Below are positions 28,163 through 32,000 of a DNA stretch of 32,000 nt, piece by piece; within the stretch, counting starts at the first letter, position 1; each line of letters opens with the position of its first letter. The stretch covers positions 517,601-549,600 of the forward strand of contig NZ_VKHQ01000003.1 of assembly GCF_009792795.1 (NCBI RefSeq), in the 5' to 3' direction. The DNA comes from Cognatiluteimonas profundi (GTDB lineage Bacteria > Pseudomonadota > Gammaproteobacteria > Xanthomonadales > Xanthomonadaceae). Position numbers and translations under genes: made by a program. The notes beneath the pieces are model-generated. The model was not told the origin of the DNA, searched no databases, and worked only from the letters and a program-made list of their open reading frames with translations.

Positions 28163-29965
28163 TCACAGGTCGCGCAGCAGGCGCGCCGCGGTTTCGCGAG
28201 CGACCGGATCGCGGCCGTCCAGGACTTCGCGCAACAGCAGGCGTGCCGCGTCCTCGTCGCCGCGATCCAGGCAGGATTGGGCCATCTCCAGCTGCCGGCC
28301 GACGGTCGACGTTGCCACCTCCTGCGCACCCGGTGCAGTCGTGGCGTCGCCGTGCCAGGGCGGGGTGACCGGATCGATCACCGCGGCGCGGCGGGGTGGC
28401 TGCATCGGTCGCGGGGCGACGGGCTGGTCAGGCATGAACGCACTCGCCACGGCCGGATCCGCGGATGCTTGTGGCACCGGAATGCTCGCCGCCAGGGCTT
28501 CTGTATCGAAAATACGCTTGGGCAACACGGTGGAACGCTGGCGCTGGCGTGTCATCAACCAGCCCAGCAAGGCCGCGACGATCAACGCCAGCCCGCCCCA
28601 GAGCCAGAGCCCACCAGCCTGCGGCGGCGCTGCGGGCGGCTGGGTCGATGGTGTCGATTGCGAAGCCACGGCAGGCGGCGGCGATACGGCGCGGTTGGAC
28701 TTCGCCAATGTCTGCTGCGCCGACGCCAGCGCGCTGTCCTTCATGGTCAGCAACTGCTGTTGTTGCTGCTGCAGCTTCTCCAGTTCGGCAACGCGCGTCT
28801 TGAGCTCGTTGACCTCGGCGTCGCGCGCGGCCAGGGTTTCCTTGGTTTCCTGCAATTGCTGTCGCAACATCTCACCCTCGCCACCGGCTTCGAGTCCGGA
28901 TTGTGTACCCGCCCGCTGACGGCCCACTGCCGACGGTGGAGCAATTTCCAGGCGCGCACCGACCGTTCGCGCCGACTTGACGGCCGCTGTCGGCGCAGCC
29001 GGTCCACGCGAAGCTGCGGCAGCGCCCGCGACCAACTCGGGCTGCGGGCGCGCCGCGCGCCATTGCGCGACCTGCTCATGCAGCAACCGGGCCGCCTCGC
29101 TGCGACCAATCGCCGCCACGTCGTCGCTTGCGGGAACCTTGAGGACGGCACCTCGCTTGATGAGATTGACGTTGCCTCCGATGAAGGCATCGGGGTTGGC
29201 GCGCAACAACGCGAGCATCGCCTGGGCGGTGCTGTAGCCGCGCAGGCTGTCCAGGTTTGCGGCGATCTGGCCCAGCGTCTGCCCGGCGCGCACTGGTCCG
29301 TATTGCCCCGCGACGCCGACCTGGGTTGGTTCGGCTGCGGGCAACGACGCCGGTGGTGTTGCCGCGACAGGGCGCGGGGGGGGCGGCGCGGACGCCCGCG
29401 GCGCGGGAGTCGGTACGGCGGCTGCCGGTGGCGCGGCTTGCGGTGGCGCCTGCGTCGCGATCGCCGGCGCAGCTGGCCGGATGACGAGATTCGGCTGCGC
29501 CACCGATGGCGCCTGGATCGGCGGCGGTGCCGTGGCGGCAATCGACTCGGGCGTGTCGACCAGCGCGGAATACTCGCGCACCAACCGACCCTGGCTCCAG
29601 TCCACCTGGAGCAGGAAGGTCAGCGCCGCGGCCTGCACCGGCTCGGGACTGGTGACACGGATGACCGGTCGCCCCGCGGCGTCCAGCGCCGGCTCGAACC
29701 GGAGGGAAGACACCTCGCCTTGCGGCGCATCCAGGCCGACGCGGGTGAAGGTCTCGGGCGGAGCGAGCTGGACCTGCAGGCCCTGCAGTTCGGTCGGGTC
29801 GCTGGAAATGATCGGGATTTCCGCGACCAGCGGCTGCCCCGGCTTCGACTTGACCTGGAGCTGGCCCAGCCCCAGCGCTGCGGCAGGCCCGGCGGCAAGG
29901 GCCAGCGCAATGGCAAGCACCGATGACAGTGCGATTGGCAACCTGCTGCTCACACCCACCCCCAT
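28163..29965 (-). CDS. fimV: FimV/HubP-family pilus/polar assembly protein
   Basis: N-terminal FimV domain (ALGLGQLQVKSKPGQPLVAEIPIISSDPTELQGLQVQLAPPETFTRVG), LysM-like segment, coiled coil, and C-terminal LDRGDEDAARLLLREVLDGRDPVARETAARLL. Confidence 0.85.
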   Translation of the reverse strand: MGVGVSSRLPIALSSVLAIALALAAGPAAALGLGQLQVKSKPGQPLVAEIPIISSDPTELQGLQVQLAPPETFTRVGLDAPQGEVSSLRFEPALDAAGRPVIRVTSPEPVQAAALTFLLQVDWSQGRLVREYSALVDTPESIAATAPPPIQAPSVAQPNLVIRPAAPAIATQAPPQAAPPAAAVPTPAPRASAPPPPRPVAATPPASLPAAEPTQVGVAGQYGPVRAGQTLGQIAANLDSLRGYSTAQAMLALLRANPDAFIGGNVNLIKRGAVLKVPASDDVAAIGRSEAARLLHEQVAQWRAARPQPELVAGAAAASRGPAAPTAAVKSARTVGARLEIAPPSAVGRQRAGTQSGLEAGGEGEMLRQQLQETKETLAARDAEVNELKTRVAELEKLQQQQQQLLTMKDSALASAQQTLAKSNRAVSPPPAVASQSTPSTQPPAAPPQAGGLWLWGGLALIVAALLGWLMTRQRQRSTVLPKRIFDTEALAASIPVPQASADPAVASAFMPDQPVAPRPMQPPRRAAVIDPVTPPWHGDATTAPGAQEVATSTVGRQLEMAQSCLDRGDEDAARLLLREVLDGRDPVARETAARLLRDL

Positions 29966-30014
29966 GACCCCGATTGCGCCGACTCTAGCCGTCCGCGACC
30001 GCCAACCGCAATGT

Positions 30015-31031
30015 TCAAGGGTTCAGGACCAGCCATTCGGCGATCTGCACGGCGTTCAGCGCAGCGCCCTTGCGGATGTTGTCCGACACGATCCAGAGGT
30101 TCAATCCACGCGGATGCGAGATGTCGTCGCGGATGCGGCCGACGTAGACCGGGTCGGTTCCCGACGCGTGCGTGACCGGCGTCGGATAACCACCCGGCAC
30201 GTGTTCGTCGACAACCTCCACGCCGGGCGCGGCCTCCAGCAGCTTGCGCGCATCGGCTGCAGAAAGTTTGTCCCGGGTCTCGATGTTCACTGCCTCGGAA
30301 TGCCCGTAGAAGACGGGCACGCGGACCACCGTCGCGTTGATCGCGATGGCGTCGTCGCCGAGGATCTTCCGGGTTTCCCAGACAAGCTTCATCTCCTCGG
30401 TCGTATAGCCGTTGTCGGTGAAGTCGCCGCCGTGCGGGATCACGTTGAAGGCGATCTGCACCGGATACACCTCGGGCGTCGCCGGCTGGAAGTTCAGCAG
30501 CGCCGCGGTCTGCCGGCCGAGTTCCTCCAGCGCAAGGCGACCGGTGCCGGACACCGACTGGTAGGTCGCGATGTTCAATCGCTCGATGCCGGCCTTGCGA
30601 TGGATCGGCGCCAGCGCAACGACCATCTGCATGGTGGAGCAATTGGGGTTGGCGATGATGCCGCGCGGACGATCGCGCGCTGCCTCGGGATTGACTTCGA
30701 CCACGACCAGCGGGACATCCGCGTCGTAACGGAACGCCGAGGAATTGTCGATCACGACCGCGCCGGCGGCGGCGAACCGGGGCGCGTATTCCTTCGACAC
30801 CGACCCGCCAGCGGAAAACAGCGCGATGTCGACGCCCGCCGGATCGAATGTCGCCAGGTCCTGCACCACGAGCTGGCGATTGCCGAACGACACCTTGCCG
30901 CCTGCGGAGCGGGAACTCGCCAGCGCCACGACCTCGCTGGCCGGGAACCTGCGCTCGGCCAGGATCGACAGCATCACTTCACCCACTGCGCCGGTGGCCC
31001 CGACGACGGCGACCTTGTACGTCTTGCTCAT
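30015..31031 (-). CDS. asd: Aspartate-semialdehyde dehydrogenase
   Basis: KVAVVGATGAVGEVMLSIL...NPNCSTMQMVVAL...GHSEAVNIET...GGYPTPV. Confidence 0.94.
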   Translation of the reverse strand: MSKTYKVAVVGATGAVGEVMLSILAERRFPASEVVALASSRSAGGKVSFGNRQLVVQDLATFDPAGVDIALFSAGGSVSKEYAPRFAAAGAVVIDNSSAFRYDADVPLVVVEVNPEAARDRPRGIIANPNCSTMQMVVALAPIHRKAGIERLNIATYQSVSGTGRLALEELGRQTAALLNFQPATPEVYPVQIAFNVIPHGGDFTDNGYTTEEMKLVWETRKILGDDAIAINATVVRVPVFYGHSEAVNIETRDKLSAADARKLLEAAPGVEVVDEHVPGGYPTPVTHASGTDPVYVGRIRDDISHPRGLNLWIVSDNIRKGAALNAVQIAEWLVLNP

Positions 31032-31088
31032 TGTTGTGCCGTGCTTCCGGTTGATATCGAGATTGTGGCAGGCAAAGCGCCTGGAGAA

Positions 31089-32000
31089 TCAGGCGGATCC
31101 CGCGCTTGCGGGAATGCGCGGCGACACCTCGCCGACATCGCCGCACTGGGCGCGATGCCGCAGCGCCTGGTCCATCAGCACCAGCGCCATCATGGCCTCG
31201 CAGATCGGCGTCGCGCGGATGCCGACGCAGGGATCATGCCGGCCGGTGGTGACGATCTCCACCGGCTCGCCGCGGACGTCCACGCCGCGCGCCGGCAAGC
31301 GCAGGCTCGACGTCGGCTTGAACGCCGTCGACACGATGATGGCCTGGCCGCTGCTGATCCCGCCGAGGATGCCGCCGGCATGGTTGGACAGGAATCCGGC
31401 CGGCGTGGCCTCGTCGCGGTGCTCGCTGCCCTTCTGCGAGACCGATGCGAAACCGTCGCCGATCTCGACGCCCTTGACCGCGTTGATGGACATCATCGCC
31501 GCGGCGAGTTCTGCATCGAGCTTGCCGTACACCGGCTCGCCCCAGCCCGGCGGCACGCCTGTCGCAACCGTGGTCACGCGCGCGCCAACCGAGTCACCCG
31601 ACTTGCGCAGCGCATCGACGTAGTTCTCGAGCTCCGGGACCTGGCCGGCATCGGGCCAGAAGAACGGATTGGATTCGACCGCCGCCCATTCGCAGGCGGT
31701 CGGCAAAAGGCTGCCGATCTGCGCGAGGTAGCCACGCACCTTCACGCCGTGATGCTCATCCAGCCAGTGTTTGGCGATCACCGCGGCGGCGACGCGCATC
31801 GTTGTTTCCCGGGCACTGCTGCGTCCGCCTCCGCGCGGGTCGCGGATGCCGTACTTGTGCCAGTAGGTGTAATCGGCGTGACCCGGCCGGAACTGCTCCG
31901 CGATGCGGTCGTAATCCTTGCTGCGCGCATCCTCGTTGCGGATGAGCAGCGTGATCGGCGTGCCCGTGGTGGTGCCCTCGTACGCACCGGACAGGATCTC
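31089..32000 (-). CDS. aroC: Chorismate synthase (N-terminus runs off the right edge)
   Basis: Continuous minus frame: [80 protein letters not shown]...[17 protein letters not shown]. The listed ORF only covers 31089-31799. Confidence 0.95.
   Translation of the reverse strand, partial: EILSGAYEGTTTGTPITLLIRNEDARSKDYDRIAEQFRPGHADYTYWHKYGIRDPRGGGRSSARETTMRVAAAVIAKHWLDEHHGVKVRGYLAQIGSLLPTACEWAAVESNPFFWPDAGQVPELENYVDALRKSGDSVGARVTTVATGVPPGWGEPVYGKLDAELAAAMMSINAVKGVEIGDGFASVSQKGSEHRDEATPAGFLSNHAGGILGGISSGQAIIVSTAFKPTSSLRLPARGVDVRGEPVEIVTTGRHDPCVGIRATPICEAMMALVLMDQALRHRAQCGDVGEVSPRIPASAGSA

Noticed and set aside
27818-29926. Plus-strand ORFs 27818-29926 and 27852-28919
   Set aside because: Antisense to truA/fimV. 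The extreme Arg/Gly/Gln bias comes from the Pro/Ala-rich fimV repeats on the other strand.

Overview
This looks like a high-GC gammaproteobacterial chromosome, probably Xanthomonadaceae/Lysobacter-like (inference from gene content and order). A continuous minus-strand Complex I operon runs from nuoL (partial, left edge) to nuoA at about 1-11805. Minus-strand housekeeping genes fill 19910-32000: tRNA-Leu(GAG), secG, tpiA, glmM, accD, trpA, trpB, trpF, truA, fimV, asd and aroC (partial). One plus-strand DUF6445-like gene sits between tpiA and glmM. Between nuoA and tRNA-Leu lies a compact integrated element of about 8 kb (~11861-19909). It has a tyrosine integrase next to the tRNA, a degenerate copy of the tRNA-Leu 3' end at the far boundary, and near-identical TACCCCC-rich repeats just inside both ends (candidate integrase arm sites). 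Its cargo includes an overlapping AlpA / small ORF / zinc-finger-like / RepA-like ATPase operon, an HGG-TGPRT motif protein, a full-length-looking CsrA homolog, an integron attC-like hairpin containing a cassette-like ORF's stop codon, and a plus-strand cluster of small exported, membrane or lipoprotein genes. The element is the accessory region of interest. No function can be demonstrated from sequence alone. It has no visible primase, capsid, conjugation, restriction or CRISPR genes.
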